Notes: generated from the letters alone by a model not told the origin. DNA of 64,000 nt from a virus (IMGVR_UViG_3300028591_000146:30040-94039), one strand, 5' to 3'; shown: positions 40,750 through 49,754, numbered from the stretch's first letter. Translations and numbers: made by a program.

Positions 40750-41056
40750 GCCTGAATGTCGAAATCGGCAGACGAGACAGAATATTGAACAGATGGTGAA
40801 CAATTTATGGATAAATTTGTTAATCAATACTTGAATTTCCTTAAAACATACATATTCCCAAAACAATGTTCATCTTATTATGGAAGAATGACTCAATTAG
40901 GTAAACATCCCGATATGGCGAAATAGGCATACGCGCTGGCTTCAAGTACCAGTTCCGAAAGGAATATGAGTTCGACTCTCATTATCGGGATTTTCCATCA
41001 TCTGTTCAAAATCTGTTGTGAGAAATCACGTGTGGGTTCAAGTCCCACTTCAGGTA
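40750..41056 (+). tRNA. interrupted tRNA-Leu(CAA): 5' part 40750-40781, 3' part 41005-41056
   Basis: GCCTGAA/TTCAGGT acceptor, ACAGA/TCTGT anticodon stem, loop TTCAAAA, long variable arm, GTGGG-TTCAAGT-CCCAC; 223-nt insert. Confidence 0.75.
40909..40990 (+). tRNA. tRNA-Leu(CAA), nested within the insert of the interrupted tRNA-Leu
   Basis: CCCGATA/TATCGGG acceptor, loop TTCAAGT, TTCC-GAAA-GGAA variable arm, ATGAG-TTCGACT-CTCAT. Confidence 0.85.
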
Positions 41057-41166
41057 TTAAGGGATGACCATCAAAGACTTGTTTGCGTGTCTCTGACTTT
41101 TGGTTCACCGGTCATCTCTCTCACCCCTATCCCCGGGTAGCCTTGCGTATCTACCCGGGCAAAAAA

Positions 41167-41280
41167 CGACGGATAACTCAGCTGGTAGAGTACGTAAAGG
41201 AATCTAGATTTAGATTCGTACAGCAATTAACTTGCATTCTAAGCACGGTGTCGTAGGTTCGAGTCCTACTCCGTCGACCA
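41167..41280 (+). tRNA. interrupted tRNA-Arg(TCT) with 38-nt insert (41196-41233)
   Basis: CGACGGA/TCCGTCG acceptor plus encoded CCA; removing the insert gives CGTGC-ATTCTAA-GCACG and exactly 76 nt. Confidence 0.75.
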
Positions 41281-41363
41281 TTATTGTTATTGATATTCCG
41301 GGGCACGAAGCCCCGGAATATTTAATAATATATTTTATATTAAATTAAAAGGAGAGATTTAAA

Positions 41364-42443
41364 ATGACAGATCATGAAAAGGAATTAAACGATATGAGGG
41401 TGAAAGACTTCCTTAAACGAGCTGAAGTTCTTAAGGAGATACAAGTTCCATTGTATGCATTAACAGATGTCACTGAAGAAATCAAGAGTATCTTCACACA
41501 GAGAGTTGAAGGTTACATGGAGATGTCACCCGAACAGAATGTATACGATCAGTATATAATGTCAGCAGAAACATGCGATGTTGAAAGGGATCTTCATGAA
41601 TTTGAATTCAATAAGAAGTTATATGGTTTAACCAACCTTGGACTTGCACCAGCAGACATCTTCTTCTCAAACACCATACCTGTTAAACACATGGTAATTC
41701 AACCAAAACTTTATCCAACCGACAAAGTAATTGACTCATATGAGCTTCATGTTGTTGATGATGAAACACGACTTAAGAATATTCAAGCTGTTCTCAATGG
41801 AGATGCTAAAAATGCTACTGTTATGTGGATGCGGCATACAGCATATACAATAAAGAATGGTGTTAAAGGTTGGATGAGGGTATATAAGAAATTCACTGTA
41901 GAAAAAGATGCCAACTATATTGGACTAAATAAAACCATATATCTGGAAACATCTGAATCATTCAAGGAATTATTCGGTGTGGAAGTTTACAGAAGAAGTC
42001 CGGTTCATTCATTAAATTTGCTTGGTGAAGAAGAACACCAGGTTATGATGGAAGTATATAACGCATGGTATACTCTTCAGCAGTGTATCTTAACAAAAGA
42101 ACTTAGTTCGTATGTCAAGAAGACAAGAACCTCAATGGATTTCATGAAGAATAAATACGTATCAAGTAAGAATAAGAAGATGATAAATAAATACATCATT
42201 CAGCTTGAGAAAATCCAGGAGGCTTTCATTATCAACTCTGAAGAAACTGGAGATTCTGGTAGAAAGTATCGTAAACCATTATGGCACGTAACCGGTCATT
42301 GGAGACATTATAAATCCGGTAAAATGGTCTTCGTTCAGGGCTACTGGAAAGGTTCAGAAAGAAATAACGACAACATCAAGACTGCACCTGTTGAGATCTC
42401 AATTGACAACTGGCTTGACACACTTAATGTCGACAACAATTAA
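41364..42443 (+). CDS. hypothetical protein with C-terminal V(T/R)GHWR motif
   Basis: WHVTGHWRHYKSGKMVFVQGYWKG. Confidence 0.8.
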   Translation: MTDHEKELNDMRVKDFLKRAEVLKEIQVPLYALTDVTEEIKSIFTQRVEGYMEMSPEQNVYDQYIMSAETCDVERDLHEFEFNKKLYGLTNLGLAPADIFFSNTIPVKHMVIQPKLYPTDKVIDSYELHVVDDETRLKNIQAVLNGDAKNATVMWMRHTAYTIKNGVKGWMRVYKKFTVEKDANYIGLNKTIYLETSESFKELFGVEVYRRSPVHSLNLLGEEEHQVMMEVYNAWYTLQQCILTKELSSYVKKTRTSMDFMKNKYVSSKNKKMINKYIIQLEKIQEAFIINSEETGDSGRKYRKPLWHVTGHWRHYKSGKMVFVQGYWKGSERNNDNIKTAPVEISIDNWLDTLNVDNN

Positions 42444-42504
42444 CCGGTAGGATATATATATATTACACAATATAGTGAACATATAAATATATTGTGTAAT
42501 ATAT

Positions 42505-42577
42505 GAGAATATAGCGCAGTCGGTAGCGCAACGCTCTTTTAAAGCGTGGGTCGAGAGTTCGAGCCTCTCTATTCTCA
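42505..42577 (+). tRNA. tRNA-Lys(TTT)
   Basis: GAGAATA/TATTCTC, ACGCT-CTTTTAA-AGCGT, GAGAG-TTCGAGC-CTCTC. Confidence 0.92.
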
Positions 42578-42798
42578 TTAGGTGGTCTTCAGACAACCAC
42601 CAGATATCTTCCTAACAGCCAGCGTATCTAAACAATGCGCTGGTACATATGTACATTCTTAAGTTGGTCGCTTAGAATGTGCTCCCCCTAGCGACATTCA
42701 TGGTCGCGACATATCCTTTCAATATGGCTCCCGAAGGAGCCATATACCTCTATTTTTTATACTGGATTATAAATTTTATATGAAAGGAGTGTTTCTAT

Positions 42799-43179
42799 AT
42801 GAAACCTGAGATTGAACAGAGAATGCAGACAGAAATCACAAACGCAACTAAATGGAATCAGTTGTTTGATACCATTGTTGGTGTGACTGAAACTGTATTC
42901 GAAACAACAATGACATTCGTACCTGACAACATGTTCGAAGGAACTCCAACGGTTGGTACAACCAGACTCAAAATCAGTATTATATGTAATGATAATGTGT
43001 GGGATACAATCACCGTATCAATTAACAACTTCGAGACTGATGAAAGATATGAATCTCTGACAATTGACCTCCAGGGTAATATCAGAGAAGAAGGAGTTCG
43101 TATACCGAGATCCATCAGATCAACCATCTATGAATACATCGATGAGATCGATCTTGCAATCAACCCTGAAGAAGAATGA
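42799..43179 (+). CDS. hypothetical protein
   Basis: AAAGGAG RBS. Confidence 0.75.
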   Translation: MKPEIEQRMQTEITNATKWNQLFDTIVGVTETVFETTMTFVPDNMFEGTPTVGTTRLKISIICNDNVWDTITVSINNFETDERYESLTIDLQGNIREEGVRIPRSIRSTIYEYIDEIDLAINPEEE

Positions 43180-43246
43180 CTGTGAATATTCCGGGGATAA
43201 TCCCCGGAATATATTTTTTTATTTTTAACAACATTAAAGTATATGA

Positions 43247-43319
43247 TTGGGCATCGTCAAGCGGTAAAGACAATAGATTTTGAATCTATCATACGCAGGT
43301 TCAAATCCTGCTGCCCAAA
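43247..43319 (+). tRNA. tRNA-Gln(TTG)
   Basis: TTGGGCA/TGCCCAA, ATAGA-TTTTGAA-TCTAT, GCAGG-TTCAAAT-CCTGC. Confidence 0.9.
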
Positions 43320-43568
43320 TTCTGAGGAAACAATTTCCTCAAAACATTATCCAGTGAAATTTATCCAACACTGGAGTAGTGTCTCCTTCAATGGTTCAGG
43401 AATTGGTTTAACCATTCCATCTCATTCAATCGTTTTTCACGATTGTCTCCTTAACTTATTTGGGCTGGGTGATGTGCTCCACCTTTTCATCACCTAAACC
43501 ACTATTTGTTCTATACTGTTTCTTTATCCTAAGCATACCCGGGTTATTCCCGGGTATCTATTTTTTCT

Positions 43569-43598
43569 AAATTCCATATTTATATTATTTAAGTGGAT
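43569..43598 (+). promoter_or_regulatory. putative early promoter
   Basis: Identical to 33794-33823. Confidence 0.7.
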
Positions 43599-43644
43599 TC
43601 AAGAAACACAGAATCAAAAAAACTATTTGGAGGTATAGAAGCAA

Positions 43645-43719
43645 ATGTTTAAGAAACTTATAAACTTCGTAAAAGATTTCATCTCGTTTCTTGGTGAAAT
43701 GTTATTTGCAATTAGATAA
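43645..43719 (+). CDS. 24-aa amphipathic peptide
   Basis: GGAGGT RBS; MFKKLINFVKDFISFLGEMLFAIR; stop abuts next RBS. Confidence 0.6.
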   Translation: MFKKLINFVKDFISFLGEMLFAIR

Positions 43720-43733
43720 AGGAGGAATATAAA

Positions 43734-44471
43734 ATGCAAATATTATTAGACAACAAATCACTCGCAGAAAAAATAGCACATGTGGATGCGGTAGAATGTG
43801 TTGCATCGTGTGGTGATCATTATGGATATGACGCATTTCATAATGTTACCATTACAAAGGATGGTCTCGAATTTGATGTAGATTTCTACATTGGAGACCC
43901 GTATGACGTCGACTGGGATTACACACAACTCGATACGGAAACTGTCAGATTCAGATTTGATAAATTCGATCTGGAACTTATCAAAGAGGCTTCTAATTCT
44001 AAAGAACTCAATCAGACAGTTCACAGTCTCTTTACAACATACATCGATAATCTCAATAAAGAATTGAGTGCTTTGATCGGTGAAGGATATGTTGATTTCC
44101 AGACAATGATACATTATAATGGATATGCTGAAGTCATCAGAAGTTGGAAGAAACTTGAAGCTCGTAATGGTTGGCAGATAGCATGTCCAGAAAATTATAA
44201 TGCATCATTCAGTGTAAAACGCGGTGACAGCGATTGGGGTGCGCTCCAGTTCATATGGGGAACAGCGGTCTACAAGTTTGGAGACTATGGCACTTCACCA
44301 AGATTCGGATGGATAGACATAAGAGAACATCCAGAGTTCTATGAGTGGGTAGATGCCACCTGTTTAGATGATATAGACTATTCATTCAAGACAAGTGAAC
44401 TCACCAATGAATTCAGAAAGGTGGTGAAGAACCTTGGTACTGTCCGTCTTGAAAATGATGAGAGCGATTGA
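43734..44471 (+). CDS. hypothetical protein
   Basis: AAGGAGG RBS; FGDYGTSPRFGWI motif. Confidence 0.75.
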   Translation: MQILLDNKSLAEKIAHVDAVECVASCGDHYGYDAFHNVTITKDGLEFDVDFYIGDPYDVDWDYTQLDTETVRFRFDKFDLELIKEASNSKELNQTVHSLFTTYIDNLNKELSALIGEGYVDFQTMIHYNGYAEVIRSWKKLEARNGWQIACPENYNASFSVKRGDSDWGALQFIWGTAVYKFGDYGTSPRFGWIDIREHPEFYEWVDATCLDDIDYSFKTSELTNEFRKVVKNLGTVRLENDESD

Positions 44472-44572
44472 TGTACGGACCCTAATTGACTTCGGTGGAA
44501 TCGCAATTTGTATGCTGGTGTTGATCCGCTGTAGACAATTAGAAAAAATCAAAAAGAAAAGAGGTGGAACCA

Positions 44573-45034
44573 ATGGACGATAAGATTTACGTTCATTATG
44601 GATCGAATAACTTTGATCCAGACAAATTCGAAGAGCCATATTATGAAGGCAAGCTGAGATTCAAACCATGGGGTGGTTTGTGGGCTTCGGAAGATACTGA
44701 CAGAGATGGTTATTGGTCATGGAAAGACTGGTGTGAAGCAGAACAATTCCAGATTGGACGTTTGGACAGATGGTTTAGATTCAAACTCAATGACAATCAG
44801 AAAGCTTTTGTGATCGATGATACATCGGTAGTGGACACGCCATATGCTTTCTATCAGTATCCGTTTGAAGATACAACAGTATTTTCAAGAATATGGATTG
44901 ATGTCGAAAAACTTAAAGAGGATGGATACACCCATGTCGAATTCCATGAAAACGCCAAAACTCACTATCCGTTTTGGTCGTGGGACTGTGATTGCATATT
45001 TATCATAGACCCAACAGTAATAAGACCAATATAA
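44573..45034 (+). CDS. conserved phage hypothetical protein
   Basis: YVHYG...KPWGGLWAS...WKDWCEAE...WDCDCIFI. Confidence 0.75.
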   Translation: MDDKIYVHYGSNNFDPDKFEEPYYEGKLRFKPWGGLWASEDTDRDGYWSWKDWCEAEQFQIGRLDRWFRFKLNDNQKAFVIDDTSVVDTPYAFYQYPFEDTTVFSRIWIDVEKLKEDGYTHVEFHENAKTHYPFWSWDCDCIFIIDPTVIRPI

Positions 45035-45050
45035 AGCGAGGTGAGTAAGA

Positions 45051-45320
45051 ATGGTTATAATGGAATTGGCATGTATTCCGAAGACAGAAAAAGAAACGGA
45101 ATACGAATTGATCACTGGTAAAGAGAGAACTGTGACAATAAAACGACACAACATTGGACTTCAGTTTGAGGCGGAACTGACGTTCGATGAATACTATTGG
45201 GTGTTTGGAGACAAACGTCCGGAAAAGTTCAACAGAGCGTTTGAAGAAGCATTGTATGACTTCATACGCGACGAATTAATTGAGGAGGACACAGATGAAC
45301 AAATTAAAGATAACGGGTAG
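45051..45320 (+). CDS. hypothetical protein
   Basis: GAGGTG RBS. Confidence 0.65.
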   Translation: MVIMELACIPKTEKETEYELITGKERTVTIKRHNIGLQFEAELTFDEYYWVFGDKRPEKFNRAFEEALYDFIRDELIEEDTDEQIKDNG

Positions 45321-45594
45321 TACACCCCTGAGCTGTACAGGTCTCGTAACCGGAGACTACTATATCATCGACAATGGAACACAGACAAAGATAGGACAGT
45401 TGATCGACGCGACTATTCTGAACATCGTATTCAGAATCTATGTATCAGATGGAAGAATTGTTTATGATGAACTGAAACTTCCTACAATCAGTTTGATAGA
45501 CGGTCCCGTTACATTAACTCACATTGGAGACAATTTGCTAGTGAACGAGTTGGCTGAACTCGTTTGTGAGATTCCAAAGGATGAGATGATGTAA
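45295..45594 (+). CDS. hypothetical protein
   Basis: GAGGAGG RBS. Confidence 0.65.
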   Translation: MNKLKITGSTPLSCTGLVTGDYYIIDNGTQTKIGQLIDATILNIVFRIYVSDGRIVYDELKLPTISLIDGPVTLTHIGDNLLVNELAELVCEIPKDEMM

Positions 45595-45902
45595 TGAAAA
45601 TCTTTAAATCCGCCGAGTTTAGTAAACATCCTGATATGATCAATATCAAGGATATTATCTATATGACTTCACAGCTTGACAAGTTCGTAAAGTTATATGA
45701 TAAATGTATCCGTGAGACTGATGATGAACAGAGATGTTTATTAAACAGACTTGAAGACATTGCCAATTGTTTGAAGAAACAGCAGTATGATTATCTCTTT
45801 GAGGATAAGATCAAGATGATCGATTGGGATCCATCAAATGCGAAATTCGAACCTGGTGAATTACAGGCGTGGTGTGACTTCTTCAAAAGAAATCCGTATT
45901 GA
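45594..45902 (+). CDS. hypothetical protein
   Basis: TAATG coupling. Confidence 0.65.
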   Translation: MKIFKSAEFSKHPDMINIKDIIYMTSQLDKFVKLYDKCIRETDDEQRCLLNRLEDIANCLKKQQYDYLFEDKIKMIDWDPSNAKFEPGELQAWCDFFKRNPY

Positions 45903-45918
45903 TGAGGAGTTGATAACA

Positions 45919-46815
45919 TTGGACATCCAACAATTTAGACCATTTGTAATCGAGAAACTGTTACTGTCGTTGGTCAGACGACATCAGATTCGAGATGTCA
46001 AGTTAACAGATGCGCGTTTTGATATTAAGACCGAGAATCATATCATTCACGGTTATTCGTATGAAACCAACGGACTCCAATGTCTATCGATATCCATTGA
46101 AAGGAATAAGAATGAAGAGTATCTTATAAAGCTCTACTATTCTGAAGATTCCAAATACCATGAAATGGTGAAGGAACATCTTTCGACCTTTGATGCTGAT
46201 GTACTTTCACCATTGAACAATGTCTTTGACGATTGGGATCACAGTCGACTAGCTGTGATCTCATTCGGTCATAGAGATGCTGTTGCTAACTTATTCAGAT
46301 ACAAGATAGCAGTTAGTCAGCAGAACAAACTGATGATAGCTCGATCAAAGAGTGGATTCAGTTATGCATTCCTTGATTCTGATATGAAAGCATTCATTGA
46401 GAATCGTGACCGGGGAATTACAACCAATATCGTATTAAGGAGACTTGATAATTTGAGATTCAAATCATTGACGGTTGAGATGCCGTTTGGTCCAGCGCTT
46501 GAATTATTCGAAGATGCAATCAAAGCTCCACTTGAAAAACCTCCATCACATTACAACTTCACTACTATACAGAATCGACCACCGTATATAATGAAATCTC
46601 CAACTCGTAATGTATGGATCGTTGTACTCGAGATTGATGATAAACACACTAAATGCAAAAGTGGATACATGGATGAAGAACCTGATCCGTATGCTGTATC
46701 GTGGAATGTGTATAATATAAGAACCACGAAGATATATTACTTCAAGGATCTCAGAAGATATCAGATTCTGAGAAGTAATGACTGCGTGGATATCACACAT
46801 CTCATCAGAGAGTAA
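45919..46815 (+). CDS. hypothetical protein (start uncertain)
   Basis: Long ORF; GAGGAG before TTG 45919. Confidence 0.65.
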   Translation: MDIQQFRPFVIEKLLLSLVRRHQIRDVKLTDARFDIKTENHIIHGYSYETNGLQCLSISIERNKNEEYLIKLYYSEDSKYHEMVKEHLSTFDADVLSPLNNVFDDWDHSRLAVISFGHRDAVANLFRYKIAVSQQNKLMIARSKSGFSYAFLDSDMKAFIENRDRGITTNIVLRRLDNLRFKSLTVEMPFGPALELFEDAIKAPLEKPPSHYNFTTIQNRPPYIMKSPTRNVWIVVLEIDDKHTKCKSGYMDEEPDPYAVSWNVYNIRTTKIYYFKDLRRYQILRSNDCVDITHLIRE

Positions 46816-46878
46816 TAATTAATACACCCGGGTTTAACCCGGGTGTATATAAATTTAATTATGAAAGGAAAATGTAAA

Positions 46879-47571
46879 ATGATTTTCAAACATCAACCGG
46901 TGTGGACATATAATGTCACAATATTCGAATTCAAACTTGAAGACATTCCTGATGAAGCCAGAGCTTTCATTCAGCGTGGAGTAATCCCACAGCTTGCTGA
47001 AAATAAAATGGAATGTGATGAATTTGATGTGATGGTGAATTTCACACCACGTCCTGATACGATGAATCTTTCATTCATCTTATTCAGAGAACTCAAGAAA
47101 GGATTGTTGGAAATTTCATTACCAGCGAAACTTGACCAGAATAATATCTGTGAAAATCTCGACGATCAACTTATAACTGCTCTTGAACCTGAATACGACA
47201 TTGTTATTCCGTGGTCGCAAGAAGAAGTACATCTTAGATACTTGGATCTCTTCATTGAATGTATAAATAAACCTATGGACGAAGTATATGAATCAAATCA
47301 TATAAATATATCCATATCAAGTAAATACGCTCAACCTGACGATGGAAAGATTGCTATCATCTATAAAGGTATCTTCAGAGGTTTCGTTGATAGTAATTTC
47401 GCTAATGAAGTTGCTGATGTTATAAAGGATGATCTGTTTGAATACATGAATGAAGAACGTCTGATGCTTATAAGAGAAAAGTATAGACGTTTCAGAAGAA
47501 AGTATATCCTTGAAACACATGCTGATATGTTGTATGAGAAAATGAAACAGGAGCCTGAGGAAGATGAGTAA
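46879..47571 (+). CDS. hypothetical protein
   Basis: AAAGGA RBS. Confidence 0.7.
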   Translation: MIFKHQPVWTYNVTIFEFKLEDIPDEARAFIQRGVIPQLAENKMECDEFDVMVNFTPRPDTMNLSFILFRELKKGLLEISLPAKLDQNNICENLDDQLITALEPEYDIVIPWSQEEVHLRYLDLFIECINKPMDEVYESNHINISISSKYAQPDDGKIAIIYKGIFRGFVDSNFANEVADVIKDDLFEYMNEERLMLIREKYRRFRRKYILETHADMLYEKMKQEPEEDE

Positions 47572-48091
47572 ACTGAAAGAACTCAATAAGACACAACCAT
47601 ACATGACAACAAACTGTCAACTCGTATTCTCTAACAAATTCAACCCACTTGAAGTATATGATATGTTATTCAATGATGACACATTGAAAGAAATATTCAA
47701 ATCAGGATGGGTGGTGTGTCGAATTGGTGAATATGACGACATCAGATGTGGTTATTATTCGTATGACCGTTTCATCACAAAATTCTCTCGTCCATGTGTA
47801 ATAATAGATGACATCGTTGACATGGATCATACATACTTGGCAAATATAACCGTGCCGGATAGATATTTGTCAATATTCAAAGAAATAAAACAACCCGTCA
47901 TACATCCAGTTGTTTTAGGAGATTTAAAAACACGATCTGGATTTAAAATCGCATACTTTGTATTGTATGACAAATCCGAACTGAACTCGGAAAATATATA
48001 TTCAGGAAAACCGTGGGATTATATGCCCAATGTTGAATTTAAACCTAAGGAGGATAATAATGAACACAAGACAGAAAAAGAAACATGTTAA
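47564..48091 (+). CDS. hypothetical protein (paralog of 37129-37536)
   Basis: YLANITVPDRY...IHPV. Confidence 0.7.
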   Translation: MSKLKELNKTQPYMTTNCQLVFSNKFNPLEVYDMLFNDDTLKEIFKSGWVVCRIGEYDDIRCGYYSYDRFITKFSRPCVIIDDIVDMDHTYLANITVPDRYLSIFKEIKQPVIHPVVLGDLKTRSGFKIAYFVLYDKSELNSENIYSGKPWDYMPNVEFKPKEDNNEHKTEKETC

Positions 48092-48383
48092 CATAAAACA
48101 GTTTGACAAAATTCATTCTGCTGCTCGGTATGAAATAGCAGAATCTATAAAGCATAGAGCCGTTAAAGCCGGTGTGGAACCCAATACAAGAGCCATCTGG
48201 AGTTATACCAGATGGCTCGCTAATAATTTGTCGGATGATGATTGGTTTGTTACAACACTGCTAGTATGTGGAATGCCACGTGGAATATTAACTAAACCCA
48301 TATCAGAATTCGATGATGAAGAACTTAGGTTTCTGAAAGCGCTTGATGATCACAAAGTCGGGGAGGGTAATCATGAAAAATAA
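48060..48383 (+). CDS. hypothetical protein
   Basis: AAGGAGG RBS; MNTRQKKKH start. Confidence 0.7.
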   Translation: MNTRQKKKHVNIKQFDKIHSAARYEIAESIKHRAVKAGVEPNTRAIWSYTRWLANNLSDDDWFVTTLLVCGMPRGILTKPISEFDDEELRFLKALDDHKVGEGNHEK

Positions 48384-48639
48384 ATGGTTCAGAAAGAAAG
48401 AGAAAGAATGTAAATCAAAATACGAAGGTTTCATACACCTTCATACGAAGACCTATGATTACACCAGAGGAATGATTAAGGTGATCGATGCAATCAAAGG
48501 AAAATATGACTTTGATTCAAGAGCATATCATCGTGCTATTTCATACCACAAACGTACAGTTATCATCCCCAAAGCTAGAGAGAAGAGAACAGAACACATC
48601 AACCGTGGGTGGCGTATGTTTGGTAAGAACTTTACATGA
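48373..48639 (+). CDS. basic hypothetical protein
   Basis: GGGAGG RBS. Confidence 0.65.
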   Translation: MKNKWFRKKEKECKSKYEGFIHLHTKTYDYTRGMIKVIDAIKGKYDFDSRAYHRAISYHKRTVIIPKAREKRTEHINRGWRMFGKNFT

Positions 48640-48650
48640 GGTGATCAGAA

Positions 48651-49049
48651 ATGAGTATAGAACAAGACCAAGAAGTTCTTCATTCAGAGTTCAATATCGA
48701 AACTCATAAGAATACTTTCATTAACTATTTGGAAGTAATAATAGACGATGAAGGAAAGATAATGTATGCAGTCCCATCGCATATGGAACGACTCATTGAA
48801 ATATATATGGAACGTTACAATGTAACTCGTGAAGAAATCATATATAAACTCACATATGAACCATCATGGGAATATGGATTAGATATGTCTGCTTGGTTGT
48901 GTGAGAAGCTTCATTGTATCTGTGTATGGTTTGACTGTTATAAAGGAAAACCGAATCAAATACAACTCAACAAATTAAAAACACTTCGTTTGTCTGGAGT
49001 GTATAGTGGACCTGTTAACAGAACTGCAGATGGAGGAAAGGAAAAATGA
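48651..49049 (+). CDS. conserved phage hypothetical protein
   Basis: HKNTFINYLEVII...YAVPSH. Confidence 0.7.
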   Translation: MSIEQDQEVLHSEFNIETHKNTFINYLEVIIDDEGKIMYAVPSHMERLIEIYMERYNVTREEIIYKLTYEPSWEYGLDMSAWLCEKLHCICVWFDCYKGKPNQIQLNKLKTLRLSGVYSGPVNRTADGGKEK

Positions 49050-49396
49050 AGAAACGCATTAAAAAGAAACACCGCATGTATGGTGAAGTATACTTAAAAT
49101 CGTACGATCGACAATACGGTTTACCATTTGCATGGTTCGAGTTGTGTAAGAAGATTCGAAACGATCTTGGACATCGAATCGGTAAAAGGAGATATAAACT
49201 GTTACAACAGTATTTTCGCCGTAAATATTATCGGTCCGAGAAACAGATCCGGAGCTTTTGGAACAACCCTGCATATAAACTCAAAGATTGCGGAACTCCA
49301 GATGTGTTTTATGGTATGATGGTGGACACCATTGTTACCGAACGTGAACAATATGAAGATGCTATGGTACTGGATTATCTTGAAGAAAGGTTGTGA
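49046..49396 (+). CDS. basic hypothetical protein
   Basis: MKKRIKKKH start; GGAGG RBS. Confidence 0.65.
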   Translation: MKKRIKKKHRMYGEVYLKSYDRQYGLPFAWFELCKKIRNDLGHRIGKRRYKLLQQYFRRKYYRSEKQIRSFWNNPAYKLKDCGTPDVFYGMMVDTIVTEREQYEDAMVLDYLEERL

Positions 49397-49400
49397 TTAA

Positions 49401-49754
49401 ATGAAACTCAATATCAACAAATATCTGGTGTCCTATAAACGTGGACCATCAGTGACAGTTAAAAATGTCAAAGAAGTCGCAATTGCGACAAAGGTATTTC
49501 TTAAACAGACAGAAGAAACTTTAAAACATGAAGGTCACAATGTTGAAGAATATACACCATTAATCCGACCCGTTTATGGTACAACATTGAATCTGCAGAT
49601 GTACGTATTAAACGATATTGCATTATTACATGTCGAGGTTCCATATATAGTATTTATGGATGAATATGATGGAATGAAAACTGTTGAAAATTTCAACAAC
49701 ATGAAATTGGAACTGATAACAGAACTGCAGATGGAGGAAAATAAAAATGAATAG
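49401..49754 (+). CDS. hypothetical protein
   Basis: ORF in operon. Confidence 0.65.
   Translation: MKLNINKYLVSYKRGPSVTVKNVKEVAIATKVFLKQTEETLKHEGHNVEEYTPLIRPVYGTTLNLQMYVLNDIALLHVEVPYIVFMDEYDGMKTVENFNNMKLELITELQMEENKNE

Noticed and set aside
40601-40834. 77-aa ORF (also 42399-42596 and 43243-43497)
   Set aside because: These overlap clear tRNA genes and lack an RBS.
40782-41004. Group I intron in tRNA-Leu
   Set aside because: No P/Q/R/S-like core, most of the space is taken by a nested tRNA, and the 5' exon does not end in the expected U at a junction compatible with a terminal G.
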